From Candidatus Xenobia bacterium (lineage in GTDB: Bacteria; Vulcanimicrobiota; Xenobia; Xenobiales; QWHO01): a stretch of DNA of 18,058 nt. The DNA lies in NCBI GenBank assembly GCA_045863235.1, contig BTUM01000124.1:1-18058 (forward strand). Direction: 5' to 3'. The stretch's first letter is position 1; each line of letters begins with the position of its first letter. Below, piece by piece: positions 1-7,550 of the stretch. A program made the translations under genes and the position numbers. Below the pieces are notes generated by a model. It did no database searches. It was not told where the DNA came from and saw only the letters and a list, made by a program, of their open reading frames with translations.

Positions 1-231
1 CTGCCCTGCCGGGTTGCGCCACCGAGTGGGGCGCGCATGCGCACCCGACTTGCCCGCGCAAACCCAGCCCTGCCTGGGGGTGCGCCACCGAGTGGGGCGC
101 GCATGCGCACCCGACTTGCCCGCGCAAACCCGGCCCAGCCCTGCCCTGCCGGGTTGCGCCACCGAGTGGGGCGCGCATGCCCACCCGAAGCGCGAGCCTC
201 GCGGGGCAAGCTTGCGACCCTCGCCCGCGCA
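1..231. repeat. Cluster of REP-like palindromic repeats (51-bp core), probably continuing beyond the left edge
   Basis: Identical 51-nt cores TGCGCCACCGAGTGGGGCGCGCATGCGCACCCGACTTGCCCGCGCAAACCC at 15-65 and 81-131, a truncated copy at 155-188 (1 mismatch) and a degenerate copy at ~203-231. Positions 1-40 equal 141-180. The core has GTGG followed by an imperfect palindrome centred on GCGCATGCGC, the GTRG+hairpin layout of REP elements. Confidence 0.8.
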
Positions 232-339
232 CCACGACTCTGGCATTCCAGGCACGGGCCTCCAGGGCCCCCCCGGCGTGCGAAAAGTGAGTGACGCTCG
301 GGGCAGGGAACCCCTGGAGCGGTTGGGAAGACGGGGCCC

Positions 340-786
340 ATGTACAAGAAGATTCTGATCCCCCTGGATGGCTCGAGTCTCGCGGAGGCCGCCATCCCCT
401 ACGCGGTCGAGATGGCCAAGAAGTTCGATGCGCGCATCGTGCTGCTCCGCTGCATGGTGCTGCCTGAGCCCATCCTGGTGGGCATGGACATGGCCCTGCC
501 CGAGCACTACGCCGATCTGCAGCAGGCCGAGCGGACCCACGTGGAGGAGTACCTCCAGCGGGTGAAGGACCGGCCCGAGCTCAAGGACCTGGTGGACGAG
601 GTGAAGGTGCCCTTCGGTGCCCCGGGCGAGGCGATTTTGGAGTTCTGCGACGTGGAGCAGTGCGACCTGATCGTGATGTCGAGCCACGGGCGCACGGGCT
701 TTTCCAAGTTCGTCTATGGCAGCGTGGCCGAGAAGGTGCTCCACCACGCCAATTGCCCGGTTCTCCTGATCCGCGTGGCGGTCTGA
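340..786 (+). CDS. Universal stress protein (UspA family, single domain)
   Basis: 148 aa. N-terminal YKKILIPLDGS, C-terminal DLIVMSSHGRTGFSKFVYGSVAEKVLHHANCPVLLIR: typical Usp signature with the ATP-binding-type G...GSV segment. Confidence 0.96.
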   Translation: MYKKILIPLDGSSLAEAAIPYAVEMAKKFDARIVLLRCMVLPEPILVGMDMALPEHYADLQQAERTHVEEYLQRVKDRPELKDLVDEVKVPFGAPGEAILEFCDVEQCDLIVMSSHGRTGFSKFVYGSVAEKVLHHANCPVLLIRVAV

Positions 787-789
787 GGG

Positions 790-1479
790 CTACTCCTCCA
801 GGCCCAGCTCACGCAGGCGAGCTGCCAGCCGGTCAGCTCGCTCTTTCTCCTGGTCGGCTCGCTGCTTCTCCTGGTCGGCTCGCTCAAATGGGCTCAGCAA
901 AAGCTTGCCTTCTTGATCGCACCAGCGCAGCCAGACAGCGTGGAGGTCCTCGAAAGTGCCCTCCCAGAGGGTGAGGCCCAGGCCAAGGTGGGTGAGCCAG
1001 CTCGGGTGCAGCAGCTCGATGAACCCCCGACCCTGCAGCTCGAAGACGCGCAGGGTCCGTTCGCCCAGTTGGCGGTCAGGATCAAAGATGACGTAATAGA
1101 CAATACCCACGCGAGCGCAGATATCGAGCTTTTTCTCTTCCCTGCCCTCCCGGTTGGACACGACCTCGATGACGATCTCGGGGGCCTTGCCATACTCCCA
1201 GGTGAAGTAGGACCGGTGACGCTTCTCCCAGACCTCATCAGGCAGGTTGACGTCCAGGCTCACCATCACATCGGGCACGATCGGCGGTTGGTGAGGGCTG
1301 AAGAATAGGCCCACGTTGGCCATTGCCACGAAGGGACTCTCGGGGTGCCAGGAAGCGTACAGGGAGCCCGTGAGCAGCCTCTGCTGCTTCTCGGAGAAGA
1401 CGTTATCCACGGGCGCATCGTCCTCCGTGACGATGTGCGAGATGTCCGGCTCGGGGGCGTAGAGTGCGGGGTCAAGCAT
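790..1479 (-). CDS. Uma2 (DUF820) family PD-(D/E)XK endonuclease-like protein with heptad-repeat C-terminal tail
   Basis: 229 aa. TEDDAPVDNVFSEKQQRLL, VPDVMVSL, SYFTWEYGKAPEIVIEVVS, GIVYYVIFDP, WLRWCD and the tail ERADRLAARLRELG are all characteristic of this Uma2 subfamily. Confidence 0.92.
   Translation of the reverse strand: MLDPALYAPEPDISHIVTEDDAPVDNVFSEKQQRLLTGSLYASWHPESPFVAMANVGLFFSPHQPPIVPDVMVSLDVNLPDEVWEKRHRSYFTWEYGKAPEIVIEVVSNREGREEKKLDICARVGIVYYVIFDPDRQLGERTLRVFELQGRGFIELLHPSWLTHLGLGLTLWEGTFEDLHAVWLRWCDQEGKLLLSPFERADQEKQRADQEKERADRLAARLRELGLEE
831..885 (-). repeat. 21-bp in-frame tandem repeat (~2.6 copies) encoding (E/Q)RADQEK heptads in the Uma2 tail
   Basis: GGTCAGCTCGCTCTTTCTCCT (831-851), GGTCGGCTCGCTGCTTCTCCT (852-872), GGTCGGCTCGCTC (873-885). 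Confidence 0.85.
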
Positions 1480-1486
1480 TGTAGTC

Positions 1487-1516
1487 AGTATATCCTGACC
1501 GGGGTCGAACTTTCAA
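1487..1516 (-). promoter_or_regulatory. Putative sigma70-type promoter for a leaderless Uma2 transcript
   Basis: Minus strand reads TTGAAA (1516-1511), 18-nt spacer, TATACT (1492-1487), 7 nt, ATG (1479). There is no SD sequence, and the AT-rich patch stands out in a GC-rich background. Confidence 0.6.
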
Positions 1517-1534
1517 CGCCACGATTCACGCGCT

Positions 1535-1840
1535 TCACCCGACGTCCTCCAGCACCGCCTCCAACCCCAGAATGCAGAGCATCTTCCGTACCTGCCCCCT
1601 GGCCCCCACCAGGCAGAGCTTGCGTCCCTCCCGGCTCATTCGGGCCACCGCGCTGAGCACGAAGCGCGCCGCCGTCGAGTCCATGAAGTCCACCCCGCTC
1701 AGGTCCAGGATGACCTCGGCCAGATCACACGAGCACAACCGTGAGAGCTCTTGCTCGAGCTCGAGGCGGTGGAAGTAATCCAGCGGGCCGAAGGCTGTCA
1801 GGCAGCCCCCCTCGGCTCGCATCTCGAGGCTGGTCGACAT
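1535..1840 (-). CDS. STAS domain protein (anti-sigma-factor antagonist, SpoIIAA/RsbV-like)
   Basis: 101 aa. G(P)LD, VILDLSGVDFMDSTA (phospho-acceptor Ser position retained), LCLVGARGQVRKMLCILGL. Confidence 0.88.
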   Translation of the reverse strand: MSTSLEMRAEGGCLTAFGPLDYFHRLELEQELSRLCSCDLAEVILDLSGVDFMDSTAARFVLSAVARMSREGRKLCLVGARGQVRKMLCILGLEAVLEDVG

Positions 1841-1856
1841 CCCCCCCGGGCGCCGC

Positions 1857-2324
1857 TCAGCGGGTCGCTTTCTCGCGTAGCAGGTCGGGGACCAGCCGCA
1901 GGATGTCGGAGGTGGTCACGATGCCGGTGACCTTGCCCTGGTCGGTCACGATGGCCCGGCGGATGCGGGCTCCCAGCATCAGCTCCACCAGCTCGAGCAC
2001 GCTGGTCTGGGCTTTGACCTGGTAGACGGTGGGGCTCATGATGTCGCGCACGGTCACGGTGGAGCCGATCTTGTCCAGCTTGAACTCCTCGCCCAACTCG
2101 TCCATCCAGGGGGCGCTGAAGAAGGGCGGTCGCTGGTCGGCCTCCTCACCGTAGGCGTGGGCGGCCAGGTCCTCCAGCGAGACCACGCCCGCCAGCGTGC
2201 CGTCATCCTCCACGACCGGAGCCCCCGAGATCTGGTGCTCGAGCAGCAAGGTGGCCAGTTCGCCCACCAGCATCATGGGGGAGGCGGTCACGACGAGTTT
2301 CTTCATGATGTCGCCTACGGTCAT
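1857..2324 (-). CDS. CBS-domain pair protein
   Basis: C-terminal 155 aa of the 640-aa track ORF. True start MTVGDIM at 2324 (ATGA overlap with the MFS stop, GGAG upstream). Two CBS repeats: VGDIM...HQISGAPVV...GVVSLEDL and VRDIMS...RIRRAIV...GIVTTSDIL. Confidence 0.92.
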   Translation of the reverse strand: MTVGDIMKKLVVTASPMMLVGELATLLLEHQISGAPVVEDDGTLAGVVSLEDLAAHAYGEEADQRPPFFSAPWMDELGEEFKLDKIGSTVTVRDIMSPTVYQVKAQTSVLELVELMLGARIRRAIVTDQGKVTGIVTTSDILRLVPDLLREKATR

Positions 2325-3673
2325 TTCTCCAGTACCTCCTCGGGATCGCGGTTCTTGGTCTCGACTACCCAGGGCAGACAGCACGCGCCCAGGAGAGGAA
2401 CGATGCACACCCACGTGAGCATCTCCATTGCGCCGGCGGGGCCGTAGCGCCGCGCCACGACCCCCACCAGAAACGGCCCCCCCGCCGTGATGATTCGTCC
2501 AATATTGTAGCAAAATCCAGAGCCCGTTGCTCGCAATCTCGTGGGGAAGAGCTCGGGCAGATAGTAGGTGAACATGCCGAAGACCCCAAACACGGTGAGG
2601 CCCAGCAACGAAAAAGTGTAGAGCCTGGTCTGCGGCTCCATGTTCACGCCGAAGGCGGTGTAGATGGCGAGCGACGACAGGATGAAGTAGATACCGAAGG
2701 TGAAGCGCCGGCCCAGGAACTTGGCGAAGGGAACTGTGAGGAGGGTGCCGAGTAAGCCGCCCAGGTTGAAGACTTTGGTGGCGGTAGACTTCCAGGTCTC
2801 CTTGACCTTCTCGGCCGCCTTTTTCTGCTCGGGGTTGGCCTCGGGGGCCACCATGTGGGGCTGGGCCAGGGAAAGGTAGTCCTGGGCCAGGCCCGGGGCG
2901 ATGATGGGGATGAAGGCGTTGCAGCTCCACCAGCACAAGAGGGCGGTCAGGGCCATGGCCAGGCCGCTCAGGGTGAGGGGGCGCATGCGCGGGCTGAAGA
3001 GCTCTCGGATGGCGGGCGGTTTGGCCATCTTCTGGCTCTCGCGCACCCAGGCCTCGGGCTCCTTGACGAAGTGGCGCACCACCGCCGCCACCGCGGCCGG
3101 GATCAGCCCGAACAGGAAGATCCAGCGCCAGGAAGTGCTCGGCGAGCCGGCCATCAGGTTGCCGGCGATCTGGAAGTTGACGAAGTCGGCCAGGAAGAGG
3201 CCCATCGGGGCCGAGGTGTAGAGCAGAGCGCCGGCTTCCACCCGGCGCTCCTTGGGCACCACCTCGTTGACGAGCGAGGCGCCGGCGGCCCACTCGCCTC
3301 CGATGCCGAGACTGGCGATCAGTCGGAAGAGGGCCAGGGCCCACAGGTTGGGAGCGAAGGCGCACAGGGCGGTGCCCAGCGAGTAAGTGAGCATGGTCAG
3401 GGCCAGGGTTTTGGTGCGCCCGATGCGGTCGGCGATGCGTCCGAACAGGATGCCCCCGGCGGCCCATCCCAGCAGCAGCAGTGAGGTGAACAAACCCGTG
3501 TAGTAGAAGGTGCTCGCGCGCGCCTCGGGGCTGCCGATGGTCTGCCCGAGCAGGGTGGGAATGCAGTTGGGGGCCACAAAGGTGAACAGGAGGCCGTCGA
3601 AGATGTCGAAGCCCCATCCCAACCAGGCAGCGAACAGCACGGTCCACTGATACCGGTTCATTCCCAGCAACAC
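2321..3673 (-). CDS. Major facilitator superfamily transporter (sialate/carboxylate/aromatic-acid-like, substrate unknown)
   Basis: About 12 hydrophobic segments; motif A GRIADRIGRTK; GIGGEWAAGASLVNEVVPKERR; YLPELFPTRLRATGSGFCYNIGR. Start taken as GTG 3673 (AAGGGG 8 nt upstream); ATG 3661 is the alternative. The track start at 3766 overlaps the M13 gene. Confidence 0.93.
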   Translation of the reverse strand: MLLGMNRYQWTVLFAAWLGWGFDIFDGLLFTFVAPNCIPTLLGQTIGSPEARASTFYYTGLFTSLLLLGWAAGGILFGRIADRIGRTKTLALTMLTYSLGTALCAFAPNLWALALFRLIASLGIGGEWAAGASLVNEVVPKERRVEAGALLYTSAPMGLFLADFVNFQIAGNLMAGSPSTSWRWIFLFGLIPAAVAAVVRHFVKEPEAWVRESQKMAKPPAIRELFSPRMRPLTLSGLAMALTALLCWWSCNAFIPIIAPGLAQDYLSLAQPHMVAPEANPEQKKAAEKVKETWKSTATKVFNLGGLLGTLLTVPFAKFLGRRFTFGIYFILSSLAIYTAFGVNMEPQTRLYTFSLLGLTVFGVFGMFTYYLPELFPTRLRATGSGFCYNIGRIITAGGPFLVGVVARRYGPAGAMEMLTWVCIVPLLGACCLPWVVETKNRDPEEVLEK

Positions 3674-3708
3674 AGCGCCGGCCCCTTCGTTCCCCTCTCC
3701 CGGGGGAC

Positions 3709-5706
3709 CTACCAGATCTCCGTGCGCTTTGCCGCCTCTCGATGCATCGGGCTGCCGGCCGGGCACTTGAAGGCCTCATAGAACTCTTTCATGTTCGAGA
3801 GCGGACCGTTGACCCGAAAGCGCGGGTGGGGATGGGGATCGGTCTTCACCTGCAAGCGCACGTACTCGGGCCGCATGTTCATGGCCCAGATGCGGGCGTA
3901 GCCGAGGAAGAAGAGCTGCTCGGGAGTGAAGCCGTCCACCCTGGTCTGGGGAGGCTGGGTGCGCTGCAGGGCCTTGTAGGCCAGCTTCAGCCCGCCCATG
4001 TCGGCGATGGCTTCGCCCACCACCAGCTCGCCGTTGATGAAGAGCTTGTCCTCGACCTCGTAGCCGGAATACTCTTGCACGACCGCCTTCGAGCGCTTCT
4101 GGAAGGCGGCCAGGTCCTCGGGGGTCCACCAGTTCTTGAGGTTGCCCTGGCCGTCGAAGCGGGCCCCCTGGTCGTCGAAGCCGTGGGTGATCTCGTGGCC
4201 GATGACGGCGCCGATGCCGCCGTAGTTGAGCGCGTCGGGCGCCTTCTCGCTGAAGAAGGGAGGCTGCAAGATGCCGGCCGGAAACACGATCTCGTTGTTG
4301 GAGGGGTCGTAGTAGGCGTTCACGGTGGGCGGGCTCATGTACCAGAAGTCGGGGTCGACGGGTTTTCCGATCTTGTCCAGATCGAGCTTGACGGCGAAGT
4401 TACGGCCGCGCAGCACGTTGCCGGCGAAGGGCCCGCGGTCGATCGCCAGGGTGCTGTAGTCGGTCCAGCTGTCGGGATAGCCGATCTTGTAGCGGAACGA
4501 GTTGAGCTTGACGAGGGCTGCCTCGCGGGTGGCCGGGCTCATCCAGGGCAGGGTCTTGAGGTCTTCGCGCAGCGCGGCGAGCAGGTTCTCGACGAGCTTT
4601 TTGACCCTGGCCTTGGCGGTGGGCGAGAAGGTCTGCTCCACGTACTTCTGGCCCAGGGCCTCGCCCAGGTAGCGGTCGGTGAAGGCCACGATGCGCTTCC
4701 AGCGGGGCAGCTGGGCTTTGGTGCCCTGCAGGGTCTCGGAGCTGAAGCGGTAGTCCTCGAGCTCGATGTTTTGCGACAGGGTGCTGGCCAGATCGTGGAT
4801 CAGCTGCCACTTGAGGTAGGCCCGCTGCTCTGCCAGGGGGGTGGTGGTGAGGATCTGGTCCACGCGCTGGAAGAACTCGGGGATCTCCATGTTGATGCTG
4901 GTCAGGTCGGGACGGCCGATGCGCTCAAAGTAAGCCTTCCAGTCGAAGTGAGGGGTGAGCTTTTGCAGGCCCGCAAGATCGGTGGGATGGTAGGTGTTGT
5001 CGGGGTCGCGCATCTTGACCTTGTCGTAGCTCGCCTCGGCCAGGCTTTTCTCGAGCTCGTAGATGGGACCGGCCAGCTTCTTGTCCTGGCCGGTCAGCTC
5101 GAGCATGCGCTCGAGGTGGGCGCGGTACTGCTCGCGCAGCTTCTCGTCGTCGGGGCGGAAGTAGTAGTCGCGATCGGGCAGGCCGAGGCCGTCCTGGGTG
5201 GCGGCGCCCACCACCAGGCGGCTGTTCTTGTAGTCTTGCTGGGAGTAGAAGTTGAAGTAGGCGTTGACGCCCACCATGTGGAGCTCGGCGATGACGGTCT
5301 GCAGCTCTTGCTCGGTCTTGACCGCGTCGATCTTGTCGAGCAGGGGCTTGAGGGGGGCCAGGCCGGCCTGGTCGATCTGCTCGACGTTCATGCCTGAGGC
5401 ATAAAAGTCGCCGATTTTCTGCTCGATGGAGCCGGGCGCGCTCTTGGCCAGGGCGGCCTGCTCGAGGATCTTGTGCAAGATCTGCTGGTTGCGGTCGAGC
5501 AGGGCGTTGAAGGCTCCCCAGCGGGCCCGGTCAGCCGGGATGGGGTTGCGCGCGAGCCAGCCGCCGTTGGCGTACTGGTAGAAGTCAGAGCAAGGGCTGA
5601 CCTTGGGGTCGAGGTCTTTCAGGTCCAGGCCTTCCTGGGCGGGGAGAGGGGCGAGCAGGCTGAGGAGCAAGACGGCGCCCGTGAGGGCAGTGCGGAGCTT
5701 GAGCAT
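3709..5706 (-). CDS. Secreted M13 family zinc metallopeptidase (neprilysin/PepO-like)
   Basis: 665 aa. Signal peptide MLKLRTALTGAVLLLSLLAPLPA, PCSDFYQYANGGW, VNAYY, GILQPPFF, HEITH (HExxH), GEAIAD (third Zn ligand E), DPHP...RVNG. Confidence 0.97.
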   Translation of the reverse strand: MLKLRTALTGAVLLLSLLAPLPAQEGLDLKDLDPKVSPCSDFYQYANGGWLARNPIPADRARWGAFNALLDRNQQILHKILEQAALAKSAPGSIEQKIGDFYASGMNVEQIDQAGLAPLKPLLDKIDAVKTEQELQTVIAELHMVGVNAYFNFYSQQDYKNSRLVVGAATQDGLGLPDRDYYFRPDDEKLREQYRAHLERMLELTGQDKKLAGPIYELEKSLAEASYDKVKMRDPDNTYHPTDLAGLQKLTPHFDWKAYFERIGRPDLTSINMEIPEFFQRVDQILTTTPLAEQRAYLKWQLIHDLASTLSQNIELEDYRFSSETLQGTKAQLPRWKRIVAFTDRYLGEALGQKYVEQTFSPTAKARVKKLVENLLAALREDLKTLPWMSPATREAALVKLNSFRYKIGYPDSWTDYSTLAIDRGPFAGNVLRGRNFAVKLDLDKIGKPVDPDFWYMSPPTVNAYYDPSNNEIVFPAGILQPPFFSEKAPDALNYGGIGAVIGHEITHGFDDQGARFDGQGNLKNWWTPEDLAAFQKRSKAVVQEYSGYEVEDKLFINGELVVGEAIADMGGLKLAYKALQRTQPPQTRVDGFTPEQLFFLGYARIWAMNMRPEYVRLQVKTDPHPHPRFRVNGPLSNMKEFYEAFKCPAGSPMHREAAKRTEIW

Positions 5707-5739
5707 GGATTGGGCTTTGCGCCCAGAGAGTGGGTTCCT

Positions 5740-6681
5740 TCAGGCGGTGGGCTCGCGCAGGATCTCGCTCAGGGTTTCCAGGTCGGCCTGATTGAGCACT
5801 GCCGTGAACAGCCGCTTGAGCACATCATCGCTTTGAACGGCTTCAACGGCTGTCAGCAAGTCGGTCGACTTGCCAAATCGGTGTTCCAGCATTTCGATGA
5901 TTGACTCTTTGCGCCCCTCTTTGCGCCCCTCTTTGAGGCCCTCTTTGAGGCCCTCTTCTCGCCCTTTCAACTCCCAACTCGTCGTTAATTCCATCACGGT
6001 CTCGCGCTCCTCTCGCCGCATGTTCATTTTTTCTAGCTCCCGGCAAAAGATCCCCGTCTCCTCCTCCGATAGACGCAAGTACTGATCCACGAACCCGGCC
6101 AGGAACCTCAGCCGGGAGGGCTCAAGCCGCAGCTGGACCAGAATCCGCAGACACTCGCTCTTGACCCGAGGCCGGTCGACCGGCGCGATACGCATGCGAG
6201 ACATCAAAGCCGCGGCGGCGGGATTCGGCCTCTCGAGAAACTCGCGCCAGTCGAGTCGATTGAGCTGAACCACCCGGAAGCGGAGCTCCAGGGGCCGCAA
6301 GTCCGGAAACTCCACTGTGAACCGGTCGGGCTGGACCGTTCGGGGGGAGGGAAACGAGAACAGGGCCACCGGGTAAATCGGACAGCGATACTTGAGGTGG
6401 AGCCTGGCGTAGTAGTCGAACATCCGCAGCCCGAAACCGCTCCGCCGCTGGGCCTCGTGCTCGAGGTGCACCAGGAAGATACGCTCCCCTTCGCGGAACC
6501 TGAGGCGCGCGCAGAGGTCGGCCTCGCCCTTCTGCCGGTCGGGCAGGTCTGCAAAGAGCTCCTTGTCCACGAACTCGAGTGAGGCTAGATCGGCATAGCG
6601 CAAGACCTCGGGCGCGAAAAGCTCGAGGAAGTCAAGAAAATAGGAAGACAGAAGGTCCTTGAAGAGTTGGTCGTGGTTCAC
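5740..6681 (-). CDS. Rpn family recombination-promoting nuclease / putative transposase-like PD-(D/E)XK protein
   Basis: HDQLFKDLL...FLELFAP, EADL, VHLEHE, RMFDYYARL, IYPVALF, LNRLDWREFL..PNPAAAALM, then MELTTSWE..G(xEG)n and a helical C-terminal domain. Start taken as GTG 6681 (GGAG 8 nt upstream); ATG 6741 is the longer alternative. Confidence 0.88.
   Translation of the reverse strand: MNHDQLFKDLLSSYFLDFLELFAPEVLRYADLASLEFVDKELFADLPDRQKGEADLCARLRFREGERIFLVHLEHEAQRRSGFGLRMFDYYARLHLKYRCPIYPVALFSFPSPRTVQPDRFTVEFPDLRPLELRFRVVQLNRLDWREFLERPNPAAAALMSRMRIAPVDRPRVKSECLRILVQLRLEPSRLRFLAGFVDQYLRLSEEETGIFCRELEKMNMRREERETVMELTTSWELKGREEGLKEGLKEGRKEGRKESIIEMLEHRFGKSTDLLTAVEAVQSDDVLKRLFTAVLNQADLETLSEILREPTA
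5905..5964 (-). repeat. 12-bp in-frame tandem repeat (4 good copies plus 1 degenerate) encoding G(R/L)KE in the Rpn linker
   Basis: CTCTTTGCGCCC x2, CTCTTTGAGGCC x2, CTCTTCTCGCCC. Confidence 0.9.
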
Positions 6682-6748
6682 CGGAATGGCTCCCAGCGGG
6701 GGTGCGGCCGTCAGTGGCTCATGGAGGCTCTCAGGTTGCATGAGCTGA

Positions 6749-6766
6749 TTGAGGAAAGTTCCTCAA
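6749..6766. promoter_or_regulatory. Perfect inverted repeat, candidate operator in a divergent intergenic region
   Basis: TTGAGGAA-AG-TTCCTCAA (8-bp arms, 2-nt spacer), between the divergent Rpn and LolA-like genes. Confidence 0.45.
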
Positions 6767-6845
6767 GGCGTGGATGACCTCCTTCCTTAAGCACTGACTC
6801 GCCCGCACCTGCAGGACAGGCTGTCCACGACCAGAATCTGCTCCG

Positions 6846-7550
6846 ATGCGTAAACTGATCGTTCTCGCGAGCCTGGTCCTGCTGACCGCCCTGGTGCAGG
6901 CCCAGACCGCTCCCGCTACTCCCGCCCAGGCGGCCCTGGACAAGATGCTGAAGGCCTACGTGGACATCAAGAGCGGCATCATCTCCATGGACATCAAGGT
7001 GCTCCACCCCGACTACGCCGGCAGCCAGCAGACCGAGCTTCGCCTGCTGCGGCCCAAGAAGCTGTGGTGGCACGGCAAGTTCAAGCCCGAGAAGGCGGGC
7101 AGCGCCCCCTTCGACGTGTTCGTCATCTCCGACGGCAAGGAGGTCTACGTCTTCGACAGCAAGACCCCGGCCGAGTATCGCCAGGGCAAGATGCCCGACC
7201 CGATCCGGGCCATCGATCTGGCCGATTACTTCAGCATGGGCATGAGCAACATGTTCTTGCGAGCCATGACGGGAATGCCCGAGCGCGTGCTGGGCAGCCG
7301 CACCCTGGAGCTCAAGGAGAAGGACGGCGCCCAGGTGCTGCTGTTCAAGCAGGGCGAGTCGACCGACGAGCTGACGCTCGATCCGGCCACCCATCGGGTG
7401 GTCAAGGTGGCTAACTTCGAGGGCGACAAGCTGATGGCCGAGGGCACGGTCTCCTACGCTCGCATGGGCGAAGAGCTCGAGGACGCCCAGTTCACCTTCA
7501 CGCCCCCCGCCGGGGCCCAGATGAAGAAGCTGGAGGCTGAGGACGGATAG
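6846..7550 (+). CDS. Exported LolA-like / DUF2092-type protein (lipoprotein carrier fold)
   Basis: 234 aa. Signal peptide MRKLIVLASLVLLTALVQA; LLRPKKL, VISDGKEVYVFD, LDPATHRV and C-terminal FTFTPPAGA match the LolA-fold pattern. Confidence 0.78.
   Translation: MRKLIVLASLVLLTALVQAQTAPATPAQAALDKMLKAYVDIKSGIISMDIKVLHPDYAGSQQTELRLLRPKKLWWHGKFKPEKAGSAPFDVFVISDGKEVYVFDSKTPAEYRQGKMPDPIRAIDLADYFSMGMSNMFLRAMTGMPERVLGSRTLELKEKDGAQVLLFKQGESTDELTLDPATHRVVKVANFEGDKLMAEGTVSYARMGEELEDAQFTFTPPAGAQMKKLEAEDG

Noticed and set aside
1..231. CRISPR array
   Set aside because: The linkers are only 15 and 23 nt and resemble each other (CAGCCCTGCC); the 51-nt repeat is atypically long; no cas genes are present.
14..358. 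ORFs 14-358 and 37-294
   Set aside because: Translations of the palindromic repeat DNA, rich in Arg/Pro/Ala, with no protein-like signal.
1493..1512. GTTCGACCCC on the minus strand resembling a tRNA T-loop or att site
   Set aside because: No T-stem pairing or cloverleaf, no integrase nearby; it is the spacer of the predicted promoter.
2325..3779. 640-aa ORF 1857-3779 as one protein, or an MFS-CBS frameshift fusion
   Set aside because: The upstream 485 codons are an off-frame shadow of the MFS gene. The CBS gene has its own SD and ATGA-coupled start, and no slippery site is evident.
5711..5725. Small hairpin TGGGC-GCAAA-GCCCA (minus strand) between the Rpn and M13 genes
   Set aside because: Only a 5-bp stem with no U-tract; not enough to call a terminator or regulatory element.
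5707..6845. Rpn gene as an IS element
   Set aside because: No terminal inverted repeats or target-site duplication were found, and Rpn proteins are not established transposases despite the legacy name.
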